A stretch of 64,000 bases of DNA. It comes from an uncultured Clostridia bacterium (GTDB lineage: Bacteria > Bacillota > Clostridia > Christensenellales > UBA1242). Shown here piece after piece: positions 1-9,826 of the stretch. Made by a program: the position numbers and the translations under genes. The stretch spans positions 200,365 through 264,364 of the forward strand of contig CANBBP010000001.1 in assembly GCA_947366895.1 (NCBI GenBank), written 5' to 3'. The notes under the pieces are model-generated. The model saw nothing but the letters and a program-made list of their open reading frames with translations. It was not told where the DNA came from and searched no databases. The first letter of the stretch is position 1, and each line of letters opens with the position of its first letter.

Positions 1-1129
1 CATGTTTTAAAGCAAAAGAATTTTTTACATCATAATAGCTTCCATTATAATGGATAACTGAGTATGAACTATCATCACTACGAACAGCAACTATACCTCT
101 ATCAATAGGAGCACTACCTATAGTGTCATCTAAAATAAAATAATCTACAATGCCAGTAGTTGCATCATCTTGTATTTTATCAACTGTATACACTTTTTTA
201 TCTGAAGCTCTAAATGTAACTGATGAACATAAAATATTATCTTCTTTATAATAAACTCTATTATTTTTTACTGCTACTAATTTAATTTCTTTATCACTAT
301 TTATAATTAAAGGTTCTTCATTTCCATTTGATAAAGATTTACGATATAAAGAATATTCACTATTATTATTTTTTGTATAATAAACATATTTATTTACATT
401 ATCTATACTTCTATTATAATAGATATCTTCTTGAAGATAAGTTGCAAATGAAGAAGTTCCTGTAATTTTTTCATATCTTCCATGATTACCATCTTTTGCC
501 CAAATTACTTCAATATCTTTAGTTTCTTTACCATCTTGATTTTCATCATTGTTATTTTTTGCACCTTTATTGCCAAATATGGTTATATAGGTAGTTCCAT
601 CAATATAATTGATATTATAATCGCAATCAACAGTATATTCACCTTCAGATAATACTTCCCTATTTGTTCCATCAAGTTTTACTCTTTCAAATCTTAAATA
701 ACCTGTTGTAATTGAACTTTGTCCTGATAGGTTTACTGAATAAGGAGTTGTATAAAATAAATAATCACCGCAAATATATAAACTTGATTTTGAATAACCA
801 CATATTAAAGGCATTAAAAGTTCAGCACCTAGAGGAGTACCTTCCTCATTAACATCAACAGCACCAGAACCATTTAATTTTACACGATATATACCATAAG
901 TTTTTGTGTCACCTTCATTGTATTTATTATCGTTTATACCAAGTTCCTCATAATTTTTATAGGCATTAGCAAAATATAAATAATCACCTTTAACAACTGC
1001 AGGTCCACCGTTACCATAAACAGTATCAGCAAGGTTTGGTCCACCATTTAATTTTAAAGGTGAACATGCAAACAAACATGATGTACAAATAAGAACAAGG
1101 GCTAATAGCCAAAAGAATTTCTTTTTCAA
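1..1129 (-). CDS. putative secreted lipoprotein, beta-propeller-like repeat protein (C-terminal part runs off the window; TTG start)
   Basis: Absent from the ORF track because no stop lies inside the window. The minus-strand frame is open from nt 2 up to TTG at 1129-1127. That TTG is the first start codon after an in-frame TAA (1144-1142) and lies 8 nt after AAGAGG. The N-terminus (M)KKKFFWLLALVLICTSCLFAC is a signal peptide with lipobox L-F-A-C. The body has recurring GDYLYF / LYRKSL / VKLDG strands reminiscent of DUF5050/YWTD-like propeller lipoproteins; that family call is from memory and unverified. Confidence 0.6.
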   Translation of the reverse strand, partial: MKKKFFWLLALVLICTSCLFACSPLKLNGGPNLADTVYGNGGPAVVKGDYLYFANAYKNYEELGINDNKYNEGDTKTYGIYRVKLNGSGAVDVNEEGTPLGAELLMPLICGYSKSSLYICGDYLFYTTPYSVNLSGQSSITTGYLRFERVKLDGTNREVLSEGEYTVDCDYNINYIDGTTYITIFGNKGAKNNNDENQDGKETKDIEVIWAKDGNHGRYEKITGTSSFATYLQEDIYYNRSIDNVNKYVYYTKNNNSEYSLYRKSLSNGNEEPLIINSDKEIKLVAVKNNRVYYKEDNILCSSVTFRASDKKVYTVDKIQDDATTGIVDYFILDDTIGSAPIDRGIVAVRSDDSSYSVIHYNGSYYDVKNSFALKH

Positions 1130-1262
1130 TTTTTTAACCTCTTAGATTATGTTTTACAATACAAAAAATGATAACAAAAAAACACCTTTTTGTCAATCTA
1201 AAATACATATTATATTGATGCTTTCTTTTTATTAATTTTATCCTTTTTTTAATATTTAAAAC

Positions 1263-1297
1263 AAAAAAACATACTGAAATATGAGTATGTTTTTTTA
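1263..1297 (-). terminator. rho-independent terminator after the 410-aa ORF
   Basis: Stem ACATACT/AGTATGT (1269-1275 / 1284-1290) with an 8-nt loop, flanked by an A-run and a T-run. This allows hairpin plus U-tract on either strand. Confidence 0.6.
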
Positions 1298-1308
1298 TGT
1301 TTTACCTA

Positions 1309-2541
1309 TTATACAAAACTTACTTTTATTGTCTCTCCTGATTTTGCATCTTGATATACAATCCAATATCCTTTGGTTTTTGTTTCTGAATCCTCTAAAG
1401 GTAACCATTGAGCAAATTCTTTTAAATCTTCTGGAGGATTACTACTATCATTAGAAGGCATTCCATAAGAGATGTATTCTACTTCATTAAAGTTATCATC
1501 ATAAATTAAACCTAAAACATAATAATTATTTTCTTTATCGTAATCAATTCTAGCCCATTTAGAATTTGCTATTATATTTTGTAAATTTTGTTCCTGAGGA
1601 TATTTATTAAATAAACTATCTAATTGAGATTTAATTTGTTGATAAAATGTTTCAGAATCATTTTGTGAATTAAAATTATTTTCTTGTTCCATTAAATTTG
1701 TTGAACTGTTATTTGAATTAATTCTGATATTATTAGAATTATCATTTGTATTGTAACTATTTACATATTGATTTGGAACATTAGAAAAGTTTTGATTATT
1801 TTGTTCGTAGTTTGTTTGATAATTAGAAAATAAATTAATATTATTATTTACAAACTTATTAGCATTTTCTTTATAAATATTATTTCTTGAAACATTATTG
1901 GTAGCATTCCCATTAATAATATTTTGTGATTCATTCCGTTGAGAAAAACTATAATTTGATGGAGTTCTTAAATTAGAATTTTGAATATTATTTGAAGATT
2001 TTTCTACATTATCAAGTTTGCTTGAATTACTACATCCACAATTTCCACTTTCATAAAAAGCTTGTCGATACTTACAGTTTGAACAATTATCATAATAAGT
2101 TGATGAAGCATCTTCCTCAAGGTTTTTATCTATTAAAGCTTCTATTTGTTCTGTGTTATCTTCTTCATATAATACTGAATTATCTTCTGGCTTAGTTGGT
2201 ACAAATGCACTTTCGATTTTTGTATTTTCTATTTCACTATTTAAACTACCAGATAAAACAATTTCAGGGCAAAAAGCATTAGTTACATCAACAACCGCAC
2301 AAAACATTTTTTCATCTAAGTTTACATTATTAGGCAAAATAAATTCACAATTATTTTCACTTACTTGTAGTGGCACCTTTACTACATTTTGGCTTTGTTT
2401 AATACCTAATGCTAAACTTCTTCTTGATTGTGCTAGATTGTAGAATTTAATTAAACTAGGACTATCCAACTTCAAATTTAATACTGCCTTAAAACTTTTG
2501 TCTTGTTTATTGTTTAGTATCAGCATCTTTGCATTTTCCAT
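1309..2541 (-). CDS. hypothetical protein with a Cys cluster, an Asn/Gln/Tyr-rich low-complexity core and a conserved-looking C-terminal domain
   Basis: ORF track, 410 aa. It has the Cys cluster CSNCKYRQAFYESGNCGC, a ~125-aa N/Q/Y-rich core and a C-terminal YYVLGLIYDD...GYWIVYQDAKSGE segment. No family recognised. A hairpin terminator follows the stop. Confidence 0.7.
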   Translation of the reverse strand: MENAKMLILNNKQDKSFKAVLNLKLDSPSLIKFYNLAQSRRSLALGIKQSQNVVKVPLQVSENNCEFILPNNVNLDEKMFCAVVDVTNAFCPEIVLSGSLNSEIENTKIESAFVPTKPEDNSVLYEEDNTEQIEALIDKNLEEDASSTYYDNCSNCKYRQAFYESGNCGCSNSSKLDNVEKSSNNIQNSNLRTPSNYSFSQRNESQNIINGNATNNVSRNNIYKENANKFVNNNINLFSNYQTNYEQNNQNFSNVPNQYVNSYNTNDNSNNIRINSNNSSTNLMEQENNFNSQNDSETFYQQIKSQLDSLFNKYPQEQNLQNIIANSKWARIDYDKENNYYVLGLIYDDNFNEVEYISYGMPSNDSSNPPEDLKEFAQWLPLEDSETKTKGYWIVYQDAKSGETIKVSFV

Positions 2542-2770
2542 TTTTAACCTCTCTTAAAAAGTTTTTATTTCAATTACATATAACTTTATTATAAAAAGAT
2601 TTGTCTAAATAAATTATTCACTATAAAAATGTAAAATATAATCTTTATATTAAAAATCTTTATAGCAATTAATAATATATATAGTTAATCAAAATTATAA
2701 AATGCTTTAATTATAGATTTTTTAATAATATTGCTTAATCTATACTAACATACTTATTTTTGCAAAATTT

Positions 2771-2820
2771 GTAATAAAAAATAAAAACATATATATTTTT
2801 AATATATATATGCTTTTGTT
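2771..2820. terminator. hairpin terminator downstream of rsmA
   Basis: 9-bp stem CATATATAT/ATATATATG (2788-2796 / 2804-2812). T-rich tracts follow on both strands. The stem is nearly all A/T, so stability is modest. Confidence 0.45.
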
Positions 2821-2944
2821 TTTTAAAAAATTGATTAATTTTAAAATACTTTAATATTTTTTGCTGAAATTCTAAAACAAAATATAACAATTATGAGTAT
2901 TGAAGGATTAATGAAAATTTTATATTTTTATATATTTTATTACA

Positions 2945-3748
2945 CTAATAATTTAAAGATTTAAAAAGAGAAACAAATTGTTCAGCCTCTAAATTCTCTG
3001 GTCTTGATGTAACTGACAGTGATAAATTTGATATTTCATCAAGACATTTTTGCTTATTATAACCAGCACTTGTTAAATTGTTATATAAGGTTTTCCTTTT
3101 CATTTTAAAACAATTTGATACAAATTCTAAATATTTATTTTGATTAATTACATCAAACTTGGTTCTATCTAATTTTATACAAATTACACAAGAATCAACA
3201 TTTGGAACAGGAGTAAATACTGTTCTAGGAACATTCTTTACTATTTCACAACTACCAAAAGTATTTATCGTTACAGTAGGAATGCCATAAGCTTTAGTAG
3301 ATTTTTTAGCACAAAATCTCTCCCCCACTTCTTTTTGAACCATAACATACATAGAATTTATTTTTTTGCTCTCAAATAAAAATTTAAAAATAATTTGAGA
3401 AGTTATATAATAAGGTAAATTCGCAATAAGAATAAATTCTTTATCAAACATGTTATCAATTTTAGAAGTTTCCACTTTTAAAATATCTTCATAAATAAAA
3501 TTTAAATTATCATGACCTTCTTTGATATTTTCAAGATGTGAAATTAAGGTTTTATCAATTTCAAAACTTATAACCTTGCTAAAATTATCAGCCAAAACTT
3601 CTGTTAAAACTCCTGCTCCTGCTCCTATTTCTAAAATTTGACATTTTTTGTTTAAATTTAAATTTGTAATAATAGAAGAAATATAGTTTTTATCAAAAAT
3701 AAAGTTTTGACCAAATTGCTTTTTAAAATGAAAATTATTTAGTTCCAT
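2945..3748 (-). CDS. rsmA: 16S rRNA (adenine1518/1519-N6)-dimethyltransferase RsmA/KsgA
   Basis: FGQNFIFD start, SAM-binding ILEIGAGAGVLTE, NLPYYITS motif, QKEVGERF and PVPNVDS. 267 aa. The tatD-rsmA neighbourhood matches Bacillus. Confidence 0.93.
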   Translation of the reverse strand: MELNNFHFKKQFGQNFIFDKNYISSIITNLNLNKKCQILEIGAGAGVLTEVLADNFSKVISFEIDKTLISHLENIKEGHDNLNFIYEDILKVETSKIDNMFDKEFILIANLPYYITSQIIFKFLFESKKINSMYVMVQKEVGERFCAKKSTKAYGIPTVTINTFGSCEIVKNVPRTVFTPVPNVDSCVICIKLDRTKFDVINQNKYLEFVSNCFKMKRKTLYNNLTSAGYNKQKCLDEISNLSLSVTSRPENLEAEQFVSLFKSLNY

Positions 3749-3842
3749 CTTATTATCCTTTTAAACAACAAAAAAATCTCAATTTTAAAATTATAAGAAC
3801 TTATTTTTTATTATTTATAATAAGTAGTTATATTTTTAATAT

Positions 3843-4610
3843 TTATTTAATACTAAAAAATTTTTTTGCGTTTTGTGTTGTTATTTCTTTTACTTTTTCT
3901 ATATCAATATTTTTAATTTCTGCTATCTTTTTAGCCACTAATTCTACATATTCAGGTCTATTTGGTGCACCTCTATAAGGCACAGGGGTTAAATAAGGGC
4001 TGTCGGTTTCTATTAAAATATTTTCTAATGGTATAAATTTTACGACATCTAACATTTTATTTGCGTTTTTAAAAGTAATAATACCATTTATACCTATATA
4101 AAAATTATATTTTAAGTATATCTTAGCAGTTTCTATACTTCCACTAAAACTATGAATATACCCTTTAATTTTATATTTTTTATATAATTCTTTTATTAAG
4201 TTAAGAAAGTCTTTTGTTGCATCTCGCACATGGAATACACAAGGCAAGTTAACTTCACTTGCCAAAATAATTTGCTTTGATAATGCATTAATTTGTTCAC
4301 TTTTTTCAGTAAAATTATAATAATAGTCTAGCCCTATTTCTCCTATAGCAACTATCTTTGGAGAATTTAAAAGCAATTTAAGTTCTTTTATTGAATTATC
4401 ATTAAAATTTTTCGCTTCGTGTGGATGAATACCTACTGTCGCATAAACATTTTTATTTTGATTTGCTAAAAGTATACTTAGTTCTGAAGTTTCTATATTA
4501 TCTCCATTACAAATTGCAATTTGATTATCTTTTTGTAAATTTTTTAATATATCATCTCTTAATTCGTTTAATTTTTTATCATATAAATGACAATGTGAAT
4601 CTACTATCAT
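3843..4610 (-). CDS. tatD: TatD-family metal-dependent hydrolase/DNase
   Basis: N-terminal DSHCHL, then GEIGLDYYY, VFHVRDA, HSFSG and ETDSPYLTPVPYRG, which are typical TatD/YabD metal ligand motifs. 255 aa. Confidence 0.9.
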   Translation of the reverse strand: MIVDSHCHLYDKKLNELRDDILKNLQKDNQIAICNGDNIETSELSILLANQNKNVYATVGIHPHEAKNFNDNSIKELKLLLNSPKIVAIGEIGLDYYYNFTEKSEQINALSKQIILASEVNLPCVFHVRDATKDFLNLIKELYKKYKIKGYIHSFSGSIETAKIYLKYNFYIGINGIITFKNANKMLDVVKFIPLENILIETDSPYLTPVPYRGAPNRPEYVELVAKKIAEIKNIDIEKVKEITTQNAKKFFSIK

Positions 4611-4677
4611 AGACTTATTTTAACATAATTATATTAGAATTGCATACTTTTTTTACCTTATTCATAAACATTTATAT

Positions 4678-5253
4678 ATGAATAAAATTTGGTTTTGGCT
4701 TATTATAACAAGTATATGTATTTTGTTATACTTAAATCCTGAAATTGTATTACCTACAATGATGCAAGCAAGTGAAGATACACTAAAGCTTTGCCTTAGT
4801 TTATGTGCAATTTATTCTGTTTGGATGGGTATTTTACAAGTTATGGAAGATAGTGGGATTAATAAAAAATTGTCCAAATTGCTTTCTCCTTTTACTAAAA
4901 AAATATTTGGTAATGTAGATGAAGTTACAAATGAATTACTTTGTATGAATATTTCATGCAATATTTTAGGTATGGGAGGTGCTGCTACTCCACTAGGAAT
5001 GAAAGCAATGCAAAGACTTGATGATGGCAGTGGCAAAGCTAATAGACCAATGATTATGCTTATAATATTTGCTTCAACTTCTATGCAAATTCTTCCTACA
5101 ACAGTTATAGGTTTAAGAATAACCGCAGGAAGCGAAAGTGCTAGCAATATAATACTACCAACAATTATAGTTGCAATACTTACTACCTTTATTGGTATTG
5201 GACTAGCTTTAATAATTGAAAAACTTAAAAAAGGAAAGAAAAAAACCAAATGA
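4678..5253 (+). CDS. spmA: spore maturation protein A-like nucleoside-recognition membrane protein
   Basis: Polytopic membrane protein. NILGMGGAATPLGMKAMQ and ILPTTVIGLR align with B. subtilis SpmA (recalled from memory). The ATGA overlap with the next ORF suggests translational coupling. Confidence 0.85.
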   Translation: MNKIWFWLIITSICILLYLNPEIVLPTMMQASEDTLKLCLSLCAIYSVWMGILQVMEDSGINKKLSKLLSPFTKKIFGNVDEVTNELLCMNISCNILGMGGAATPLGMKAMQRLDDGSGKANRPMIMLIIFASTSMQILPTTVIGLRITAGSESASNIILPTIIVAILTTFIGIGLALIIEKLKKGKKKTK

Positions 5254-5756
5254 GTGTTTATCTTCTACCTGTATTAATTCTTTTAATTTTTGTTTATGCA
5301 AAAAGTAAAAAGGTGAATGTTTATAATAGTTTTATTAATGGTGCTAAACAAAGTGTAGGTATTGTTGTTAGCATATTTCCTTATTTAGTTACCATAATGA
5401 TTATGGTGCAATTTATTAAAATAAGTGGACTAGCTTCTCTACTTGCAAAATTAGTTTCTCCATTATTTAATTTAATTGGCATACCAACAGAGTTATGTGA
5501 ATTAGTATTATTAAAGCCTTTTAGTGGAAACGGAAGTTTAGCAATATTAAATGATATTTTTACTACTTATGGTGTTGATAGTTACATAGGCAGAAGTGCT
5601 AGTGTTATAGTTGGAAGTTGTGATACAGTGTTTTATGTTACAACATTATATTGTTCTCAAACCAAAGTTAAAAAATTATTATATGCCATTCCTGTAGCTC
5701 TTATAGCAACTTTAGCAGGTGCTATTCTAAGTTGTTTATTTTGTAGAATAATGTAA
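5250..5756 (+). CDS. spmB: spore maturation protein B-like membrane protein
   Basis: 168-aa membrane protein directly coupled to spmA by a 4-nt overlap. LKPFSGNGSLA motif. The pair arrangement is typical of spmAB. Confidence 0.8.
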   Translation: MSVYLLPVLILLIFVYAKSKKVNVYNSFINGAKQSVGIVVSIFPYLVTIMIMVQFIKISGLASLLAKLVSPLFNLIGIPTELCELVLLKPFSGNGSLAILNDIFTTYGVDSYIGRSASVIVGSCDTVFYVTTLYCSQTKVKKLLYAIPVALIATLAGAILSCLFCRIM

Positions 5757-5814
5757 TAAGCTTATTTAATACAGTAATTTAGCCAAAAAATTATTAAATT
5801 TTATGCCAACAAAA

Positions 5815-5848
5815 ATAGTACTATGTTTAAAAATTTGCATAGTACTAT
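5815..5848. terminator. bidirectional terminator between convergent spmB and the methyltransferase gene
   Basis: Perfect 11-bp stem ATAGTACTATG/CATAGTACTAT with a 12-nt loop. A-run upstream and T-rich sequence downstream. Confidence 0.65.
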
Positions 5849-5918
5849 TTATATTAAAAATAAATTAAAAGATTTTTTTAATGCAACAACTAATAAATAT
5901 TTTTAAAACTATTTATTT

Positions 5919-6626
5919 TTAATCCTTATTTTTATTATTATTTAATATTATTGGCTTTAAAATATTTGACCCCTTATTGCCACCTTTTGTAAACTTCATT
6001 AATATTAAATGACTTAATTCCTTTTGAGAGTTAGGATATACAAATTGAATTTCTTTACATACAAAATTATATTTATTTGCAATAGATAAAATATCTTGTA
6101 ATCTATCAGGTACATGAACCATATAAAACTTGCCGCCAAATTTTAAAATATCACAAGCGGTTTTAAAAATTTCATTTATGTTTGTTGCTACTTCATACTT
6201 TGTTAATTTATATTTTGGATTAATTGGTTTTGTTTCATCAAAAGGATAATATGGTGGATTACAAACAACAACATCAACTTTTCCATAACCTATCCAAGAA
6301 GTTGCAGATGCTAATGGTAAATTTAAAAAATCTATATTAGTAATATTATTATACTTTAAAGATTTTAAAGACATATCACATAATTGCTTTTGAATTTCAA
6401 AACCTATTATTTTTTTAGGATTATATATTTCGTTAAGTAAAATAGAAATTACTCCACAGCCTGAACAAAACTCTACTATAAAATCTTTCTTTCCACATTT
6501 TATAAAATTAGAAAGTAATATGCTATCACTAGAGAATCTGTAATCGTTTTTATTTTGAACAATTTTCAAATTATTAAGTTGTAAATCATCTAAAACTTCA
6601 TCTTTGTCTAAAAAGTTTTCTATCAT
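5919..6626 (-). CDS. SAM-dependent N6-adenine methyltransferase (YabB / tRNA m6A37 TrmN6-like)
   Basis: VVCNPPYYPF (NPPY catalytic motif) and the FCSGCGVISILL SAM loop. It sits downstream of holB-yaaT, as yabB does in Bacillus. Confidence 0.8.
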   Translation of the reverse strand: MIENFLDKDEVLDDLQLNNLKIVQNKNDYRFSSDSILLSNFIKCGKKDFIVEFCSGCGVISILLNEIYNPKKIIGFEIQKQLCDMSLKSLKYNNITNIDFLNLPLASATSWIGYGKVDVVVCNPPYYPFDETKPINPKYKLTKYEVATNINEIFKTACDILKFGGKFYMVHVPDRLQDILSIANKYNFVCKEIQFVYPNSQKELSHLILMKFTKGGNKGSNILKPIILNNNKNKD

Positions 6627-6635
6627 AATTTACCT

Positions 6636-7853
6636 TTATGCTTTTGCTTTGTCATTATTTTGTTGGTTATTCTTAGAATTTTTATGCTTTTGTTTCTTAT
6701 AAAAATTACTATTTGAATTCTGATTTACATTTACTTTATTTTTATTATTATTTTCTTTATTATTTATTTGTTTTTTATTTACTTCTTTTTTTGCTTTTTC
6801 GTTATTATTTTGATGATTTTTTTTATTATTAAAAGTTATGTCTTTTTTGTTAGGATTGTTGTTCTTTTTATGTTCTTGACTTTTTTGTGAATTTAGGTTT
6901 TCATTTTGTTTTATATCGTTATTAATTTTTGCACTTTTAACTTTATCCTGCTTATCCAATAATTTATTATTTTCGCTATCTTTGATTTGTTTATTTTCCT
7001 GTGCAAAATTTTTATAGTCTTTTATGCTGGAGTTAGAATTATTGCCTTCTATACTTTGCAAGACATCTAAAGAATAGTCTTTAACGGTAAAACTTCCATC
7101 TTTAGAAGTAATTTTAACTGATGCTATTTGTTTAAGAGCATTAGTATATAAAACAACTCCTATACCATCGGGTGTTTTAATATCTTTATTTAATTTAGGC
7201 ATTTTAGGATAAACTTCACTATAATAATTATCTTCATAAGCAAGACAACACATTAGTCTACCACAAGAACCACTAATTTTAGTTGGGTTTAATGCAAGTC
7301 CTTGATATTTTGCCATCTTTATAGATACTTTTTCAAAATCTTTTAAGTGTGCTGCACAACAACATACTCTACCACAAATTCCTATTCCACCAACCATTTT
7401 TGCTTGGTCTCTAATACCAATTTGTCTTAATTCTATTCTAGATTTTAATTTTGTAGCTAATTCTTTAACTAAATCTCTAAAGTCAACCCTATCTTCAGCT
7501 ATAAAATCAATAACTACTTTTGAACCATCTAAAGAATATTCAGCATTAACAACATTCATATCTAGTTTTAATTTTGTAGCAAGAGATTTAGTTTCTTGAA
7601 TTGCTATGCGTTCTTTTTCAAGCATTTTTTCATATTGTTCTTTATCTTCATTTGTTGCAATTCTTATAACTTTTTTAAGTTCTCTATTTTCTTTAGCTGG
7701 ATTATACTCTTCAATATTATCTACTTTACCATAGCCCAGTCCCAAAGATGTTTCTACAATAACAAAATCACCCACAGTTAAATTTAAATCTTCATTTAAA
7801 AAAGAATAAGCCTTAGCCCCTATTTTAAATTTAATGCCTATTTTTTGTTGCAT
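6636..7853 (-). CDS. ricT: PSP1-domain protein RicT/YaaT with a long Lys/Asn-rich C-terminal tail
   Basis: Cys clusters CGRVCCCAAHL and CGRLMCCLAYE are typical of the YaaT/PSP1 C-terminal domain. Overlaps holB by 16 nt. The last ~140 aa are K/N-rich low complexity. Confidence 0.88.
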   Translation of the reverse strand: MQQKIGIKFKIGAKAYSFLNEDLNLTVGDFVIVETSLGLGYGKVDNIEEYNPAKENRELKKVIRIATNEDKEQYEKMLEKERIAIQETKSLATKLKLDMNVVNAEYSLDGSKVVIDFIAEDRVDFRDLVKELATKLKSRIELRQIGIRDQAKMVGGIGICGRVCCCAAHLKDFEKVSIKMAKYQGLALNPTKISGSCGRLMCCLAYEDNYYSEVYPKMPKLNKDIKTPDGIGVVLYTNALKQIASVKITSKDGSFTVKDYSLDVLQSIEGNNSNSSIKDYKNFAQENKQIKDSENNKLLDKQDKVKSAKINNDIKQNENLNSQKSQEHKKNNNPNKKDITFNNKKNHQNNNEKAKKEVNKKQINNKENNNKNKVNVNQNSNSNFYKKQKHKNSKNNQQNNDKAKA

Positions 7854-8818
7854 AAAAATTTGACCTCCAAATAATATAATAAAAAGTTATCAACTAATAA
7901 AACATAATTACAATTAAATTCAAGTTGCTTTTTAATTTCATTTATTTTTTTTATTAATTTGTATGAAGCATCTGCTGTAAGAGCATTTGCATACAATTTA
8001 ATTTGTGGTAATAAAAAAGAATTTTTTAATAAACTCTCCTTCCCCACTCTTACAAGTAATACATCTCTAAAAATACATTCAAAAATTTCTAGAGCATATT
8101 CAAAGGATTTTTTTGATTTATTAAATTTAGTAGAATATTTAAGCAATTGTTTACTATCTTTTAAATTCGAAAGTGTGTCAACTACTTCCTTAGAGATTTG
8201 TAAAAAATCAGGATTAGATGAATAATTTTCTGCTTTTTCAAGGTTTCCATCTGCAATATTTAAAATAATGCTTTTACTATTCTCATCTAAACTCTTCCAT
8301 TCTAAATTACTAATTAGTTCTTTATTATTTAATTTATTAAGTCTTAATCTTTTACATCTAGAAAGAATGGTTGGCAAAACTTTATTAATATTATTTACAT
8401 TTAGGATAATATATGTATTTTTTGGTGGTTCTTCTAAAATCTTAAGAAGTTTATTTTGTACTTGAATGCTTGCAGTTGAAAAATTATTAAATATAAAAAC
8501 TTTTTTATCACTTTCTATCGGCATTAAATTTGCATTATCTATAAAGTCTTTAACATCTTCAACTAAAATATTTTTATTTGTTTTAGGATATACAATTAAA
8601 TCCGCTAAAACTAATCTTTCTACTTTTTGGCAATATAAGCAATTATTACAAGGTTTTTTATTATTAACACAAAATAAATATTTAGCAAAACAATAAGAAA
8701 AATTTTCTAGAAATAAATTATCTTCACTTTCAAATAAAAAAGAATTGCAATTAAGTGTTTGATTGCATATGTTTATAAATTGATTATTATTTAGTATTAA
8801 ATTTTGATATTGTATCAT
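7838..8818 (-). CDS. holB: DNA polymerase III subunit delta prime
   Basis: Zinc module CNNCLYCQKV, LLKILEEPP and TILSRC motifs. 326 aa. holB-yaaT synteny. Confidence 0.88.
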   Translation of the reverse strand: MIQYQNLILNNNQFINICNQTLNCNSFLFESEDNLFLENFSYCFAKYLFCVNNKKPCNNCLYCQKVERLVLADLIVYPKTNKNILVEDVKDFIDNANLMPIESDKKVFIFNNFSTASIQVQNKLLKILEEPPKNTYIILNVNNINKVLPTILSRCKRLRLNKLNNKELISNLEWKSLDENSKSIILNIADGNLEKAENYSSNPDFLQISKEVVDTLSNLKDSKQLLKYSTKFNKSKKSFEYALEIFECIFRDVLLVRVGKESLLKNSFLLPQIKLYANALTADASYKLIKKINEIKKQLEFNCNYVLLVDNFLLYYLEVKFLCNKK

Positions 8819-9069
8819 AGAAATTCTTTTTATTTAATGTAATTATAGTTTTTATTAATTCATTAATATTTTTTATATATTTTTAATTATTAATATAATA
8901 ATTTTAATAACTAATAATAGCTTTATTTTATCATATCATTAAAAAATAAACAACAAAAAAATATTTAGTAAAAATGTTTACCAAATATTCTTTTAAATTT
9001 AAAATGATTATTATAAAATTAATTAATATGCTTTTTTAAATAATGATTTATTTATTCTGAATGCTTTAT

Positions 9070-9552
9070 TTAAGCCCTGATACCTAATATTTTTAATCTT
9101 ATTGTAGCATTATTATTTTGTGGTAAAATAACTTGAACAGTTTCACCAACTTTTTTGCCTAAAAGAGCCTGCCCTACAGGACTAGTATTAGAAATTAATC
9201 CTTTTGCTGGGTCACTTTCAGTTGCCCCCACAATTTGATATTCAAATTCATCATCAAAATCTAAATCTTTTAATTTTACAAAGCAACCTGCATTTACACT
9301 GCTTGTATCTATTTTTTTCTGATTAATTATTTTGCCAAAACGCAATTTATTTTCTATTTCTGCAATTTCAGCTTCAACTTGTGCTTGTTCTTCTTTAGCA
9401 GCATCATATTCAGAATTTTCACTTAGGTCACCAAATTCTCTTGCTACACCTATTTTCTTTGAAATTTCTTCTCTTTTTGTTGATTTTAAATAATCTAATT
9501 TTTCTTGTAAAGCTTTATAGCCTTCTTTAGTCAAGTATATTTCATTTTCCAT
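9070..9552 (-). CDS. greA: transcription elongation factor GreA
   Basis: 160 aa. LTKEGYKALQEKLDYL, GDLSENSEYDAAKEEQ (acidic tip of the coiled coil) and C-terminal SNTSPVGQALLGKKVGE. Confidence 0.95.
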   Translation of the reverse strand: MENEIYLTKEGYKALQEKLDYLKSTKREEISKKIGVAREFGDLSENSEYDAAKEEQAQVEAEIAEIENKLRFGKIINQKKIDTSSVNAGCFVKLKDLDFDDEFEYQIVGATESDPAKGLISNTSPVGQALLGKKVGETVQVILPQNNNATIRLKILGIRA

Positions 9553-9826
9553 AATTATTTTACCTCTCGTATTAGTTTTCTGTATTTATTGTAATCTTAA
9601 CTTTTATGGCAAGTAAAGACCACTAGCAAGTAATAAAATTTACTTGCAAAATATAATCAATATTTAAAATATTATCAAAATACTTTTTTTGTGTATAGTT
9701 GATTATAATGATTATAATATTTTATGTCAACAAATTTTTTTTATTACAAAATTATTATAAATTATGCTTGCACAAAATTGATTTTTTAATTAAACTTTTA
9801 AATATAATTTAGCAGGAGAATATAAA

